Of a DNA stretch of 64,000 nucleotides, positions 8,269 to 19,304 are shown in pieces. Under the pieces are notes generated by a model. It was not told the DNA's origin and made no database searches. It saw nothing but the letters and a program-made list of their open reading frames with translations. A program made the translations under genes and the position numbers. How positions within the stretch are numbered: the stretch's first letter is position 1; each line of letters starts with the position of its first letter. Source of the DNA: Pseudomonadota bacterium (GTDB lineage Bacteria; Pseudomonadota; Gammaproteobacteria; Pseudomonadales; Halieaceae). Location of the stretch: contig JBCBZV010000008.1 in the NCBI GenBank assembly GCA_039815155.1, positions 1,081 to 65,080 on the forward strand. The letters are read 5' to 3'.

Positions 8269-9747
8269 CTAGTGTCCGAGCAGCAGGTCTTCACTGCCCT
8301 TTTTATCGTGGACAGCGAAACGGTCAACCATGGTCGCGCTGGCCTCGTTGAGGCCAACCACTTCGACCTCTGTTCCTTCACGGCGGAATTTGAGAATAAC
8401 TTTGTCGAGGGCGCTGATAGCCGTGATGTCCCAAAAGTGGGCGCGACTCACATCGATGCAAACCCGCTCGATGACCTCTCGATAGTCAAAGGCAGCGATA
8501 AAGCGATCGGCACTGGCGAAAAAAACCTGGCCGGAGACCCGGTAGGTACGCGATCGCCCGTCGTCGTCGACTAGCGATCGCACAAACAAAATCTGTCCTA
8601 CTTTGTGCGCGAAGAAAAAGCCCGACAGCAAGACACCGGTAAGCACGCCGCGAGCGAGGTCGTGGGTCGCAACGGTCACCGCCACCGTGGCCAGCATCAC
8701 TACGCTGGAACTCTTCGGGTGGTCGCGAAGGTCTCGTATTGAAGACCAGTTAAAGGTGCCAATCGAGACCATAATCATCACCGCGACGAGTGCAGCCATA
8801 GGTATCTGGCTAACCCAGTCACCGAGGAACACCACCATCAGCAGAAGGAACAGGCCCGCCGCAAGCGTCGACAGACGCCCTCGGCCTCCGGATTTCACAT
8901 TAATCACCGACTGGCCAATCATCGCGCAGCCCGCCATGCCCCCAACGCAACCGCTGGCGATGTTTGCAATTCCTTGACCGATGCACTCGCGATTTTTATC
9001 GCTCTTCGTATCGGTGAGGTCATCAACGATGGTTGCGGTCATTAAGGATTCCAGTAGACCAACTACCATGAGCGTCAGCGCAAAAGGGAAAATAATGCGG
9101 AGGGTTTCTAAATTAAACGGCACATCCGGCAGCAGGAATATCGGTAGGCTATCTGGTAGTTCGCCCATATCTCCGACGCGACGAATATCGAGGTCCATAA
9201 AAATGGCCACCGCAGTGAGAACGACGATGGTAACGAGAGGCGATGGCACAGCTCGCGTCACGTAAGGAAGGCCATAAATAATGGCAAGCCCCGCAACGGT
9301 CATAGTGTAAACGTGCCAGGTTACGTCGATGAGTTCCGGCAACTGAGCCATGAAAATTAATATGGCGAGTGCGTTCACGAACCCGGTCACAACGGAACGT
9401 GAAACAAAACGCATCAAACTCCCCAGGCGGATGTAGCCCGCAAGGATTTGCAACACACCCGTAAGCAAGGTCGCCGCCAGCAGATACTGTAGTCCATGCT
9501 CTTTGACCAGAGTCACCATCACCAAAGCCATCGCACCGGTTGCGGCTGAGATCATTCCGGGTCGACCGCCGGCAAACGCAATGACCGTCGCAATGCAGAA
9601 CGAGGCGTAAAGACCAACCTTGGGGTCTACTCCCGCAATAATGGAAAACGCGATTGCTTCGGGTATTAGCGCAAGGGCGACTACGAGACCGGCGAGCAGA
9701 TCATTTCGCGCGTTGGCGAGCCAATCCTGATGAAGTGATGCGAACAA
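8269..9747 (-). CDS. SulP family inorganic anion transporter with STAS domain
   Basis: [38 protein letters not shown]; C-terminal STAS ([11 protein letters not shown]). Confidence 0.95.
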   Translation of the reverse strand: MFASLHQDWLANARNDLLAGLVVALALIPEAIAFSIIAGVDPKVGLYASFCIATVIAFAGGRPGMISAATGAMALVMVTLVKEHGLQYLLAATLLTGVLQILAGYIRLGSLMRFVSRSVVTGFVNALAILIFMAQLPELIDVTWHVYTMTVAGLAIIYGLPYVTRAVPSPLVTIVVLTAVAIFMDLDIRRVGDMGELPDSLPIFLLPDVPFNLETLRIIFPFALTLMVVGLLESLMTATIVDDLTDTKSDKNRECIGQGIANIASGCVGGMAGCAMIGQSVINVKSGGRGRLSTLAAGLFLLLMVVFLGDWVSQIPMAALVAVMIMVSIGTFNWSSIRDLRDHPKSSSVVMLATVAVTVATHDLARGVLTGVLLSGFFFAHKVGQILFVRSLVDDDGRSRTYRVSGQVFFASADRFIAAFDYREVIERVCIDVSRAHFWDITAISALDKVILKFRREGTEVEVVGLNEASATMVDRFAVHDKKGSEDLLLGH

Positions 9748-9941
9748 AGTATTACCTGTTTGTTGTCTTGGTCAGTTGCTAGGACGCCGCAAACCAAAAG
9801 CGCTAAGCGACTACCCACGGCTAGTGCTGAATAGGCCGCCCTTAGGTGTCGTTAGCTGTGCCTATCTACGCGGCTGATCGTTACCTAGAGCTTGCAGTCG
9901 AGAATATTTGCGGTTGAATGCGGCTAAGACGGATCCACTTT

Positions 9942-11489
9942 TTAGGCTGCTGCTGCGGATTTAGGTCGCACGTTGCGGCGAGCCTTCGCCCTGGGAGGGG
10001 CGCGGCGAGCTACTTTACTCTTGTTTTTGGTCGCGGATTTTCCGCCCCGTGCTTTTTTCTTGGCCTTAGCTGGCGTTTTGCCGATGGTTGCCTTTTTAAG
10101 TTCCGCAAAGCTTTCGTAGAGGCACTCCTGATAAAAGCTTGGATCCGGCATCATTTCTCGGCAGCTAGTAGCCGAGATCGAAAATTCACCGCAGTAGCTG
10201 CTAATGACATGAAACAAACCCAAACCGTCGGCCACCGGGCCGGTACCGAAGTAAGAGACCATGCGCGCACCGGTATTGTAGAGGGGTATTTGCGGGCCAG
10301 GCACATTGGTAACAACACAGTTGTATATCGGGTTCATCTGATTTGCTAGGCCCCAGCGGCTGGCAAGGCGAGCCGCTTGCGCCGTCAGAGTAGACGGTAT
10401 GAACTGCGTGTAGTCGGTCATCGCTTTGGCGCCGATTGCATTGTTCAGGGCCTTGGCCGAGTTAGTACCGCCCTTCACAGCTTCAAGGCGCTTCTTTGCG
10501 TCGGCAATATGACTGCCTACACGGACCGCCATGGCCGAGACCACATTGCCGCCGGTACCTTTTTCCGAGGTATCGCGAACATTGATGGGCGCCATTGCGA
10601 CCATCGGTTCCTTGGGCAATTCACCGTGTTTTTTGAGATAGGCGCGCATAGCACCGCCCACGATCGCAAGCGCTACATCGTTCACGGTAGCTCCAGGTAC
10701 CGCGTCCTTGACCGCTTTGACCTCCTTTAAGGGGAGGCTGGATGCGCTGAAAACGCGGTGTGGTGTAACGGTCTTGTTAAAGCGCGTTCGCGGTACTTTT
10801 CCGACTCTTTCAAGCTCACCACGCCGGAGACGCATCAAGGTCTTAGCGAAGCCAGGGACCGTGTTTCGCGCAACGGAGATAAATCGAAGGGGCTGGCGGA
10901 TGCTGTTTTTCTGCGCTTCGACAATGAGCTTGAGACTGCTCGGTCTCGGTTCGCCTTTTGGGTCGGTATAGGTCAGGTCGGTGACGACGTCTGGAGTGAG
11001 GTCGTGAATAGCGGCCTGCAGTTCCATGCCGGAGGCGCCATCGACCGCCGCATGATGCATCTTAGTAAATAGCGCAAAGCAGCCGGGGGGATAGCCCTCA
11101 ATGTTATCGAGCCCCTCGATCACGTGCATCTCCCACAGCGGCCTAGAGCGATCCAGGGGGCGCGCGTGAATTCGCGACACCATAATGCACAGCTGTCGCC
11201 AGTCGCCTGGAGCGGGTAGGGCGGCATGGCGGATGTGGAACTCTGGGTCGAAATTCGAATCGTCTATCCAATAAGGATGATCGAGTCCAAGCGGAACGCT
11301 TTGGAGCTTTCTTGTTAGGCTCGCGACACGCTGCACACGGGCCGCGGTCGCCGCGATGATCTCCTTAAAGCGAACAATGCCTCCGGGTACTGTTTCTTGC
11401 GTGTAAATACCAAGCCCGGAAATATGCATAGGAGAGTTGGGTGTCTCCAGGTAGAGAAAAGACGCATCCAAGCCAGTCAATTGCTGCAT
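9942..11489 (-). CDS. Wax ester synthase/diacylglycerol acyltransferase (WS/DGAT) with basic C-terminal tail
   Basis: LTGLDASFL, LDRSRPLWE, catalytic HHAAVDG, TNVPGP. Confidence 0.95.
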   Translation of the reverse strand: MQQLTGLDASFLYLETPNSPMHISGLGIYTQETVPGGIVRFKEIIAATAARVQRVASLTRKLQSVPLGLDHPYWIDDSNFDPEFHIRHAALPAPGDWRQLCIMVSRIHARPLDRSRPLWEMHVIEGLDNIEGYPPGCFALFTKMHHAAVDGASGMELQAAIHDLTPDVVTDLTYTDPKGEPRPSSLKLIVEAQKNSIRQPLRFISVARNTVPGFAKTLMRLRRGELERVGKVPRTRFNKTVTPHRVFSASSLPLKEVKAVKDAVPGATVNDVALAIVGGAMRAYLKKHGELPKEPMVAMAPINVRDTSEKGTGGNVVSAMAVRVGSHIADAKKRLEAVKGGTNSAKALNNAIGAKAMTDYTQFIPSTLTAQAARLASRWGLANQMNPIYNCVVTNVPGPQIPLYNTGARMVSYFGTGPVADGLGLFHVISSYCGEFSISATSCREMMPDPSFYQECLYESFAELKKATIGKTPAKAKKKARGGKSATKNKSKVARRAPPRAKARRNVRPKSAAAA

Positions 11490-11592
11490 TTCAACATTCC
11501 TGCTGTTTAGTGGTTCTTGCTGCCTTTAAAGGCGGCTTTTCCCAGGCCGATTCAGTTCAAAAGCTATGGGGTTTTATGGGTGTGAAGTTACG

Positions 11593-12042
11593 CTAGTCGT
11601 TGTCTGGGGCTGCGGCGATGCATTCGATCTCAACGCGCGTTTCCGAGCCCATGCCAGCGTTCCCCACGGCGGTACGTACGGGCTTATTCTCAAAGAACGT
11701 TACGTAGACTTCATTCATCGCTGCCCACTCATCAAAACTTGCCAGAAACACAGTGCACTTCAATACCCGGTCCATCGAACCACCGGCTCTCTCAAGCGAG
11801 GCCTGGAGGTTCTCTAAAGCCTGGCGGGTCTGAGGTTGAATGCCGCCCGGCGCTAATTTGCCCGTCTCTGGGTCTCGCCCCAGATGCCCCGCCAGGAAAA
11901 TAAGATCGCCGTAGACAACGGCTTCTGAATAAGGCGTGGGACCAGAGCGACCTGCCGGAGCGTTATAGACTGGTTCATCGGCGTAGCTGACTGGCGCGAA
12001 AAGCTGGACCAGCAACCCGAAAGCAAGAATAAGAGCGGCCAT
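11593..12042 (-). CDS. RidA/YjgF family protein with N-terminal signal peptide
   Basis: PYSEAV, LIFLAG, QTRQALENL, VEIECIA; hydrophobic N-terminus ending SYA-DE. Confidence 0.88.
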   Translation of the reverse strand: MAALILAFGLLVQLFAPVSYADEPVYNAPAGRSGPTPYSEAVVYGDLIFLAGHLGRDPETGKLAPGGIQPQTRQALENLQASLERAGGSMDRVLKCTVFLASFDEWAAMNEVYVTFFENKPVRTAVGNAGMGSETRVEIECIAAAPDND

Positions 12043-12078
12043 GATGTATTACCTTTTGGTACAAAAAGACGGTGCCAT

Positions 12079-12120
12079 GTTCGATGCTAAGAGTTCGATG
12101 CTAATAGTTCGATGCTAAGA
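12079..12120 (+). repeat. 3 x 14-bp tandem repeat GTTCGATGCTAA(G/T)A
   Basis: Units at 12079, 12093, 12107; one substitution. Confidence 0.9.
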
Positions 12121-12269
12121 ACAGTGCCACAAGCAGTTATAGAAAACGTAACCGCCGCAGCTTCTACGTCCCAGTATTACGCGCACGGAGCTCAATACAA
12201 AAGTTCGCGCCTAGGAAAACGCCAAGATATACACGCCCACGTAGACCATCTACAAGCGGGATTACCAAT

Positions 12270-12293
12270 AAAAAAGCCGCCATCGGCGGCTTT
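12270..12293 (-). terminator. Intrinsic terminator of rpoD
   Basis: GCCGCC-GAT-GGCGGC stem followed by a six-U tract on the minus strand, 18 nt after the rpoD stop. Confidence 0.85.
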
Positions 12294-12310
12294 CTAACTC
12301 GGCAACACTG

Positions 12311-14125
12311 CTAGCCGTTTTCATCTAAGAAACTGCGCAGGTAATCCGAACGGGTCGGATGACGCAGTTTTCTCAATGCTTTCGCTTCGATCTGTCGGAT
12401 TCGCTCGCGGGTGACATCAAACTGCTTGCCGACTTCTTCCAGCGTATGGTCCGTGTTCATGTCAATGCCAAATCTCATGCGCAGCACTTTCGCCTCGCGA
12501 GCGGTCAGGCCGGCGAGGACGTCCTTGGTCGCTTCTTGCAGACCCTGACCTGTTGCCGAATCGATCGGTGAGCTGATGGTTTGGTCCTCGATAAAGTCGC
12601 CAAGGTGTGAATCTTCATCATCACCAATGGGTGTCTCCATCGAGATCGGCTCTTTCGCGATCTTGAGTACCTTACGCACCTTGTCTTCCGGCATTTCCAT
12701 TCGTTCGCCGAGCTCTTCCGGAGTAGGCTCACGACCCATTTCCTGAAGCATCTGTCGAGAGATGCGATTGAGCTTGTTGATCGTCTCAATCATGTGTACC
12801 GGAATCCGAATCGTTCGGGCTTGGTCTGCGATCGACCGGGTGATCGCCTGGCGAATCCACCAGGTTGCGTAGGTCGAGAATTTGTAGCCGCGACGATATT
12901 CAAACTTGTCGACCGCTTTCATCAAACCAATATTGCCTTCCTGGATGAGGTCGAGGAACTGCAAGCCACGATTCGTGTACTTCTTCGCAATCGAGATCAC
13001 CAAGCGTAGGTTCGCTTCTACCATTTCTTTCTTCGCACGACGCGCGCGGGCTTCGCCCATCGACATGCGCCTATTGATTTCCTTGATCTCGGTAACAGAA
13101 AGCCCCGTGAATTCCTCGATCTGTACGATACGTCGCTGCGCTCGTTGGATCTCGTCTTTGTAGCCGGTGAGCTTCGCGCCGAAGTCTTTCTTTCGCGCAT
13201 GCCGCGAGACCCAGTTCAGGCTGGACTCGCTGCCCTGAAACGACTTAATGAACTCCTTTCGCGGCATCCCGCAGCGGCGCACGGCGATCGTCATGATCTC
13301 ACGCTCTTGCACACGCACACCGGCTAGGGCCAAGCGTGCTTCTTCTATACGTGGATCGATTATGCGCGGAGTGAACTTGAAGAACTTAAACAGCTCACCC
13401 AGCTTCTCCATCTCTTTGATGGCGGCGGCGCTCTGACGGCCTTTATCTTCAATGACTTTTTCGGTCTTGTTGAACTGACGCTTGAGCGCGGTAAAGCGTT
13501 TCTTCGCTTCTACCGGATCGGGCCCCGTGTCAGCGGCTTCTTCCGAGTCGTCTTCGCCCTTGGCGGCCTGCTGCTCCGCAATCTGCTGTGCCGATGGAAC
13601 GTGCTCGGCAGGATCAAGGTAGCCAACGAGAATGTCAGCTAGCTTTTTCTCTTCTTTGGTGACCGCGGTCCAATCTTCGAGAATGGTCGCTACGGCGCCG
13701 GGGAAGAACGCTAGGGCGGCCATTAATTCTCGAATGCCTTCCTCGATACGCTTGGCGATAACGATCTCGCCCTCGCGCGTGAGGAGCTCTACGGTGCCCA
13801 TTTCGCGCATGTACATACGAACTGGATCGGTTGTGCGGCCGGCTTCTGTTTCAACCGCTGCGAGGGCTGCAGCCGCTTCCGCGGCGGCAATATCATCAGC
13901 GGAGGAGTCCCCTTCGCTCAGGATCATATCGTCGGCATCTGGTGCTTGTTCGAACACCTGGATACCCATGTCATTGATCATTTGAATGATGTCTTCGACC
14001 TGATCCGGGTCGGAGATGTCGTCGGGAAGGTGGTCGTTAACCTCGGCGTAGGTGAGGTAGCCCTGCTCCTTTCCCTTGGCAATCAGCGCTTTCAAACGCG
14101 ATTGTTGCGTAACTGCGTCGTTCAT
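12311..14125 (-). CDS. rpoD: RNA polymerase sigma-70 factor RpoD
   Basis: Region 1.1, [33 protein letters not shown]. Confidence 0.99.
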   Translation of the reverse strand: MNDAVTQQSRLKALIAKGKEQGYLTYAEVNDHLPDDISDPDQVEDIIQMINDMGIQVFEQAPDADDMILSEGDSSADDIAAAEAAAALAAVETEAGRTTDPVRMYMREMGTVELLTREGEIVIAKRIEEGIRELMAALAFFPGAVATILEDWTAVTKEEKKLADILVGYLDPAEHVPSAQQIAEQQAAKGEDDSEEAADTGPDPVEAKKRFTALKRQFNKTEKVIEDKGRQSAAAIKEMEKLGELFKFFKFTPRIIDPRIEEARLALAGVRVQEREIMTIAVRRCGMPRKEFIKSFQGSESSLNWVSRHARKKDFGAKLTGYKDEIQRAQRRIVQIEEFTGLSVTEIKEINRRMSMGEARARRAKKEMVEANLRLVISIAKKYTNRGLQFLDLIQEGNIGLMKAVDKFEYRRGYKFSTYATWWIRQAITRSIADQARTIRIPVHMIETINKLNRISRQMLQEMGREPTPEELGERMEMPEDKVRKVLKIAKEPISMETPIGDDEDSHLGDFIEDQTISSPIDSATGQGLQEATKDVLAGLTAREAKVLRMRFGIDMNTDHTLEEVGKQFDVTRERIRQIEAKALRKLRHPTRSDYLRSFLDENG

Positions 14126-14363
14126 GGATGACCTTACTCTGGACTAGTCGTCTGATCTAAAACCTAACAAATGTCTGAGACAATCGATTCCCGAAGCCAG
14201 CAGGTTGCTCGCCCGATTCATCGTGTATCGAATTTTTTACCGACCTGCTTACCGTTTTCGAATTGTCGACCGGGTTTACTTCGACGGTTATTTCCACGGT
14301 CACATCCGCTTGGGATCGAATTGTTCGGCCGGAGGTCGGTGAATTTGCCTCAGATAGCCGCCC

Positions 14364-14372
14364 AGTATAGCA
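14364..14372 (-). promoter_or_regulatory. Extended -10 promoter candidate for rpoD
   Basis: TG-C-TATACT on the minus strand in the dnaG-rpoD spacer. Confidence 0.45.
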
Positions 14373-14452
14373 CAAACCAAGACAAAACATTGGCGGGGGA
14401 GGCTAGTTTTGCCTCGGCTGGGATGGTCGTTTATGGCAAAAAGTGAGTCAAT

Positions 14453-16408
14453 TCAGTTATTTGCGGGACCGCTTCGCGTATCAAGATCTCTCAAGGCACG
14501 GATTAGCTCAGGCAATCTCGCGCGATCATCGCCTGTGAGCTGCTCGTAGGGTCGGCTTTTGAGGCTGTTGATCTCTTCTACAATGCGCTGGCGCAGAGGC
14601 AAGGTAGATAACTTACGCATGATGTCTTGAAACTGCGCTTCTATTCCCTCCGTAGGAATCAATCGCTCCTGGCCCGCGAGTTCTGCCAGGAGCGCCCCTT
14701 CTTCTGTGCCATGCCAGTGTCCCAACAGCATGCCTGTAGTGGACTCGGGACGTTTTTGTAGTAGCTCAACTACCGCTGCCAGCAGCTTTCCATCTTGGCT
14801 AGCGAGATCTTGCAGTGTGTGTGTCTCCACCAGCTGTGAAATAGATGGCTTGTGCAAAAGTAACGCCAAGGCCGACTGAGTTAGCGTTGTGTGCACGGTC
14901 ATCGGCTTAGCCAGCGGATCACGTTGCCGCGGCCCCGCTTCCCCCATCGCTTGCGTTTCTTCACCGCTGTCTGCGTAAGAATGTGGTACTTCCTCGTAGG
15001 AGGGCGGCGGCTCTTGGTAGCTGGGCCTGCTCGCGGGCTCGGGCACCTCAAGTTTTTTTAGGGACTCCAGTTCGATCCCTGCCCGATCTGCCAGGGATTG
15101 GTACATGAGTGTTTTAAATACACCTTCTGGGAGTTGGCGTAGCAGAGGAAGGACACGTTTTGACAGCGTTGCTCTACCTTCCATAGTCGTCAGTTCTAGG
15201 CCCGCTGCCTGACTTTCGAACAGATACTCTTCGAGCGGCTTGGCCGCGAGCGCGCGGTCGAGAAAGGCCGAAGCACCAGCGCTCCGCACCATCGTGTCTG
15301 GGTCTTCGCCGCTAGGAAGAAACAAAAATCTCGCTTGCCGGCCATCCGTCATGGCCGGGAGGGTGTTGAGTAGCGCTCTTTCAGCGGCCTTCCGTCCGGC
15401 CTCGTCTCCGTCAAAGCAAAAGACCACTTCCGGCACCATACGAAAGATCCGTTCGAGATGTTCCGTGGATGTGGCTGTGCCTAGCGTCGCGACCGCGTAG
15501 CTTATGCCTGCTTGCGCCAGAGCGATTACGTCCATGTAACCCTCAACCACGATCAGCCGTTCTAGCTGACGGTTAGCGCGGCGCGCCTCATACAGGCCGT
15601 ACAGTTCTCGACCCTTATGAAAAACGGGTGACTCCGGCGAGTTCAGATACTTTGGTTTATCGTCGCCGAGAACCCGACCTCCGAAGGCGATGACTCGACC
15701 CCGTCGATCGCGGATTGGAAAAATGATGCGCTCACGGAAGCGGTCATAAACTCGCCCTGAGTCATTCTTGACTACTATCCCGGCACCAATAGCCCTCTCT
15801 GTTAGAGAATTGATCTTATCGTCCCCAATACCTTCCCCGGGGCCGTTCGATTCCTGAGGGCTCTCGCGGTCGCTCTCCAGCAGATGGCTGAGCAGGTTGT
15901 CCCAGCCTTTGGGAGCGAAACCCAGGGCAAAGTCTCGCGCGATCTCGCCGGTCAGACCGCGGGACTTTAAGTACTCTACTGCGGCGTTTCGTTGCGGGTG
16001 ATTCTTGAGCGACGCCTTGTAAAAATTGGCCGATTCTTCGAGTAGCTGAAAGAGCGCTTTGTGCGGTGATTCAGTGGCTTGTCCCTGCGGCTGCCTTCCT
16101 GCTGCTTGTTCACGGGGGACATCCATACCGACGGTGGCGGCTAAATTTTCTACCGCCTGGGGGAACTCAATGTTCTCATAGTCCATGATAAAGCCGAGCG
16201 CATTGCCGCCGGCACCGCATCCGAAACAGTAGTAAAACTGCTTCTCTGGATTCACGCTGAATGAGGGTGTTTTTTCATCGTGAAAAGGGCAGCGCGCACT
16301 ATAGTTCTTACCTGTCTTCTTTAACTTTACCCGTCGATCAATCACATCGACGATATCTACTCGGTCGAGCAGATCGTCGATAAATGGTTGAGGGATGCGT
16401 CCTCGCAT
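14453..16408 (-). CDS. dnaG: DNA primase
   Basis: CPFHDEKTPSF..CFGC zinc finger, EGYMDV and FDGD TOPRIM motifs. Start MRGRIPQPFID preferred. Confidence 0.98.
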   Translation of the reverse strand: MRGRIPQPFIDDLLDRVDIVDVIDRRVKLKKTGKNYSARCPFHDEKTPSFSVNPEKQFYYCFGCGAGGNALGFIMDYENIEFPQAVENLAATVGMDVPREQAAGRQPQGQATESPHKALFQLLEESANFYKASLKNHPQRNAAVEYLKSRGLTGEIARDFALGFAPKGWDNLLSHLLESDRESPQESNGPGEGIGDDKINSLTERAIGAGIVVKNDSGRVYDRFRERIIFPIRDRRGRVIAFGGRVLGDDKPKYLNSPESPVFHKGRELYGLYEARRANRQLERLIVVEGYMDVIALAQAGISYAVATLGTATSTEHLERIFRMVPEVVFCFDGDEAGRKAAERALLNTLPAMTDGRQARFLFLPSGEDPDTMVRSAGASAFLDRALAAKPLEEYLFESQAAGLELTTMEGRATLSKRVLPLLRQLPEGVFKTLMYQSLADRAGIELESLKKLEVPEPASRPSYQEPPPSYEEVPHSYADSGEETQAMGEAGPRQRDPLAKPMTVHTTLTQSALALLLHKPSISQLVETHTLQDLASQDGKLLAAVVELLQKRPESTTGMLLGHWHGTEEGALLAELAGQERLIPTEGIEAQFQDIMRKLSTLPLRQRIVEEINSLKSRPYEQLTGDDRARLPELIRALRDLDTRSGPANN

Positions 16409-16724
16409 AAAGTTGGATGGATCCTGAGTCGCGCTCACCGATCTGTCATGGTGCCCACGGAGCGCTGCTGCCTGGGTTCAATGCCTTCGACAGTCCAGTA
16501 TGCCACGCGCGTTGTTCAACGCTGGCACAACAATCGATTTTCTTTAATAACTCTTAGTTTGGAGGGCGAGCCGCCCGCCAACATGGCACTGGAAGCACAG
16601 GGACGAAAATAGAGGCACTGGAGTTGGGAGTAAGAAGCTGAATTAGCAGTACTAAATTGATTATTGCTATGCCGCCAAGACCGGTGTAATGCAGGCCGTT
16701 GCGGTGTGGACTAGATATCCAGAT

Positions 16725-17195
16725 CTACGACATTAGGCGCGCCTTTACCTTCTGGCTCACTGCGCCCATGTCCGCACGCCCCTGCAGCTGCGGCTTCAAC
16801 ACGCCCATGACCGCGCCCATCGCCTGCATACCGCTCCCTTCCGCCGATTCGATTGCCGAATCGATCATTGCATTCAACTCATCGTCGGACAGCTGTTCCG
16901 GTAGGAACTCCTGAATGACGCTAATTTCCGCTGCCTCTTGTGCGGCTAATTCGGTGCGTCCTGCGGCTTCAAATTGCTGCTTGGAGTCTCGACGCTGTTT
17001 GATCATCTTATCGAGAATAGTAAGTACGCGAGCCTCACCTAGCGCGATACGCTCATCGACTTCGACTCTTTTGAATTCCGCCTGCATCAGGCGAATGGTG
17101 GCGAGTCGCTCTTTGGCTCGGCTCTTCATGGCCTCTTTCATCGCTGCCTTGATGGCGGCTTGTGTCTGCGATGCGCCGGCGTTTGACTCGCTCAT
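16725..17195 (-). CDS. GatB/YqeY domain protein
   Basis: MKEAMKS...RLATIR...KQRRDS...AGR.ELA..E; usual position between rpsU and dnaG. Confidence 0.92.
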   Translation of the reverse strand: MSESNAGASQTQAAIKAAMKEAMKSRAKERLATIRLMQAEFKRVEVDERIALGEARVLTILDKMIKQRRDSKQQFEAAGRTELAAQEAAEISVIQEFLPEQLSDDELNAMIDSAIESAEGSGMQAMGAVMGVLKPQLQGRADMGAVSQKVKARLMS

Positions 17196-17315
17196 TTTGA
17201 GGTGACCTGGGGTATTTCTGTGCCCTCTAAGGGCCTATAGCTGTTGTACGTGATTGTTTTAAGTTCTGCCGCCTTTGGGTTCGGCCCTTCGTCGGCAAAG
17301 GCCTGCAAAAAGCGT

Positions 17316-17531
17316 CTAGTACAAACGGACGCGCTTGCGGTTTTCGCGAGATACCTTCTTAAGATGACGCTTCACCGCTGCAGCTGCAGCACGTTTACGG
17401 ACCGTGGTCGGCTTTTCATAGTGCTCGCGGCGACGCACCTCAGATAACACACCTGCCTTCTCGCAGGAGCGCTTGAAGCGGCGCAGTGCCACGTCAAAGG
17501 GCTCGTTTTCCTTTACCTTGATATGAGGCAT
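17316..17531 (-). CDS. rpsU: 30S ribosomal protein S21
   Basis: [27 protein letters not shown]...HYEKP. Confidence 0.99.
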   Translation of the reverse strand: MPHIKVKENEPFDVALRRFKRSCEKAGVLSEVRRREHYEKPTTVRKRAAAAAVKRHLKKVSRENRKRVRLY

Positions 17532-17679
17532 CTTTTAATCCTGTGTTCCTGTTCTTTTCAGTGATCTGCGTGCGACTTTGGGCCCAGCAGATAGATCCAA
17601 TTACGTTAGAGTCCCGCCTTTGCTGTGCTTACGGTTTGTTCGAACCGGCACGGCAGAACCCTTAAATTTGAGGGCGCGC

Positions 17680-17708
17680 AGTCTAAACACTTAAGTCCTT
17701 ATTTGCAA
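17680..17708 (-). promoter_or_regulatory. Sigma-70 promoter of the rpsU operon
   Basis: TTGCAA-17 bp-TAGACT followed by GC-rich discriminator GCGCGCCC. Confidence 0.75.
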
Positions 17709-17884
17709 AGTGAAAAGTGTACGGGCGAAGCGGCTTCTTTTGGCCTAGCAGATCCACCCGATCGGCAGTTTCAAAGCATGGAAATCGTGCAGTATCTATC
17801 TGTGGCGACCATCGCGGCGTTTGCATACACTCGCGTTCCCGTCGCGCGGCGAATCGCGCAGTTGTTGGCATTGTAAAAGCATCA

Positions 17885-18931
17885 GTGATCGTTCTTGGCA
17901 TAGAAACTTCTTGCGACGAGACTGGAGTCGCTCTCTTCGACACAGAATCCGGGTTGCTGGCGCACGCGTTATTTTCCCAGGTTGCTGTCCACCGAGAATA
18001 TGGCGGTGTGGTTCCCGAGTTAGCTTCGCGGGATCACATTCGCAAAACGCTTCCGCTGATCGATGAAGTACTCAACGAGGCATCGCTTTCATCCGATGCT
18101 GTTGACGCGGTGGCCTATACCGCGGGTCCCGGATTGATCGGTTCGCTTATGGTTGGAGCCACAACGGCACGCGCGCTTGCCTTAGGCTGGGGAGTGCCAG
18201 CCTTGGGCGTACATCATATGGAGGGGCACCTTCTGGCCCCTATGCTGGAGGAAGTGAGGCCCGAATTCCCCTTTGTTGCGCTGCTTGTATCCGGTGGGCA
18301 TACGCAGCTCATAAGAGTTGATGGAATTGGTTGTTACACGCTCTTAGGTGAATCACTCGACGACGCGGCGGGCGAAGCCTTTGATAAAACCGCGAAAATG
18401 CTTGGTTTGCCTTACCCGGGTGGCCCTTACGTGGCCAAGCTTGCGGAGCAAGGCGATCCGACGCGCTTTCACTTTCCCCGACCGATGGTGAATCGACCGG
18501 GCTTGGACTTCTCCTTTAGTGGGCTTAAGACTCACACATTGACGACGCTAAAAAGTTTAGAGTCGGAGGATAAACTAGACCAGCAGGCTCGCGCCGATAT
18601 TGCGCGTGCCTTTGAAGAAGCTGTCGTTGCCACCCTTGTGATTAAATGCCGTCGTGCCCTTGAACAGGAAAAGCTGTCCCGCATCATCATGTCGGGGGGT
18701 GTTAGCGCCAATGTGAACCTGCGTAGGCAGTTAGCTGCCGCTATGAACAAGATCGGCGCGAAAGCGTTCTATCCAGCGATGGAATACTGCACGGACAACG
18801 GGGCGATGATCGCGTATGCCGGCGCACAAAGGCTTTTGGCTGGCCAAAAAGATGACAAGGAACTGCGAGTGCGTGCCCGCTGGCCGCTGACTGAGCTGGA
18901 CCCTATCCCGAATTCGCTACCGCAAGAATAG
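17885..18931 (+). CDS. tsaD: tRNA t6A synthesis protein TsaD
   Basis: [33 protein letters not shown] 17885 matches the normal N-terminus. Confidence 0.98.
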   Translation: MIVLGIETSCDETGVALFDTESGLLAHALFSQVAVHREYGGVVPELASRDHIRKTLPLIDEVLNEASLSSDAVDAVAYTAGPGLIGSLMVGATTARALALGWGVPALGVHHMEGHLLAPMLEEVRPEFPFVALLVSGGHTQLIRVDGIGCYTLLGESLDDAAGEAFDKTAKMLGLPYPGGPYVAKLAEQGDPTRFHFPRPMVNRPGLDFSFSGLKTHTLTTLKSLESEDKLDQQARADIARAFEEAVVATLVIKCRRALEQEKLSRIIMSGGVSANVNLRRQLAAAMNKIGAKAFYPAMEYCTDNGAMIAYAGAQRLLAGQKDDKELRVRARWPLTELDPIPNSLPQE

Positions 18932-18941
18932 GAAGACACGA

Positions 18942-19304
18942 TTGCAGGATATCGTTTACATCCATGAGTTACGCGTTGCTACGGTGATTGGCGTGTACCC
19001 CTGGGAACGAGAGGTGCGTCAGGAACTGGTTCTCGACCTTGATATGGCTTGGAACACCGCAGTAGCGGCAGAATCCGATGAGGTAGCTCGGGCGCTCGAT
19101 TATGCGTCAGTGTCGGACCGATTGCTCGAATTTGCCAGCGAGTCTTGCTTCCAACTCATCGAAACTTTTGCAGAGCAAGTAGCGGTACTTTTGCAGCGCG
19201 AGTATTCGGTTCCTTGGGTGCAGGTGTCTGTTGCGAAGCCGGGTGCGGTCCGCGCTGCGGGCAGCGTGGGTGTACGTATCGTTCGAGGTGAACGCCCCCA
19301 ATGA
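18942..19304 (+). CDS. folB: Dihydroneopterin aldolase
   Basis: DIVYI..L....IGVY.WE...Q, LDYA, LIE; TTG start after AGGAAG. Confidence 0.95.
   Translation: MQDIVYIHELRVATVIGVYPWEREVRQELVLDLDMAWNTAVAAESDEVARALDYASVSDRLLEFASESCFQLIETFAEQVAVLLQREYSVPWVQVSVAKPGAVRAAGSVGVRIVRGERPQ

Noticed and set aside
9748-9941. Riboswitch upstream of sulP
   Set aside because: Only short GC stems; cannot match a known motif by eye. An Infernal/Rfam scan would decide.
17717-17884. Long N-terminal extensions in the ORF track (tsaD; likewise wzt 23945, osmC 45030, purD 47133, cca 21337, pentapeptide 58074)
   Set aside because: Conserved domains and RBS or coupling signals start at downstream codons; several extensions overlap neighbouring genes.
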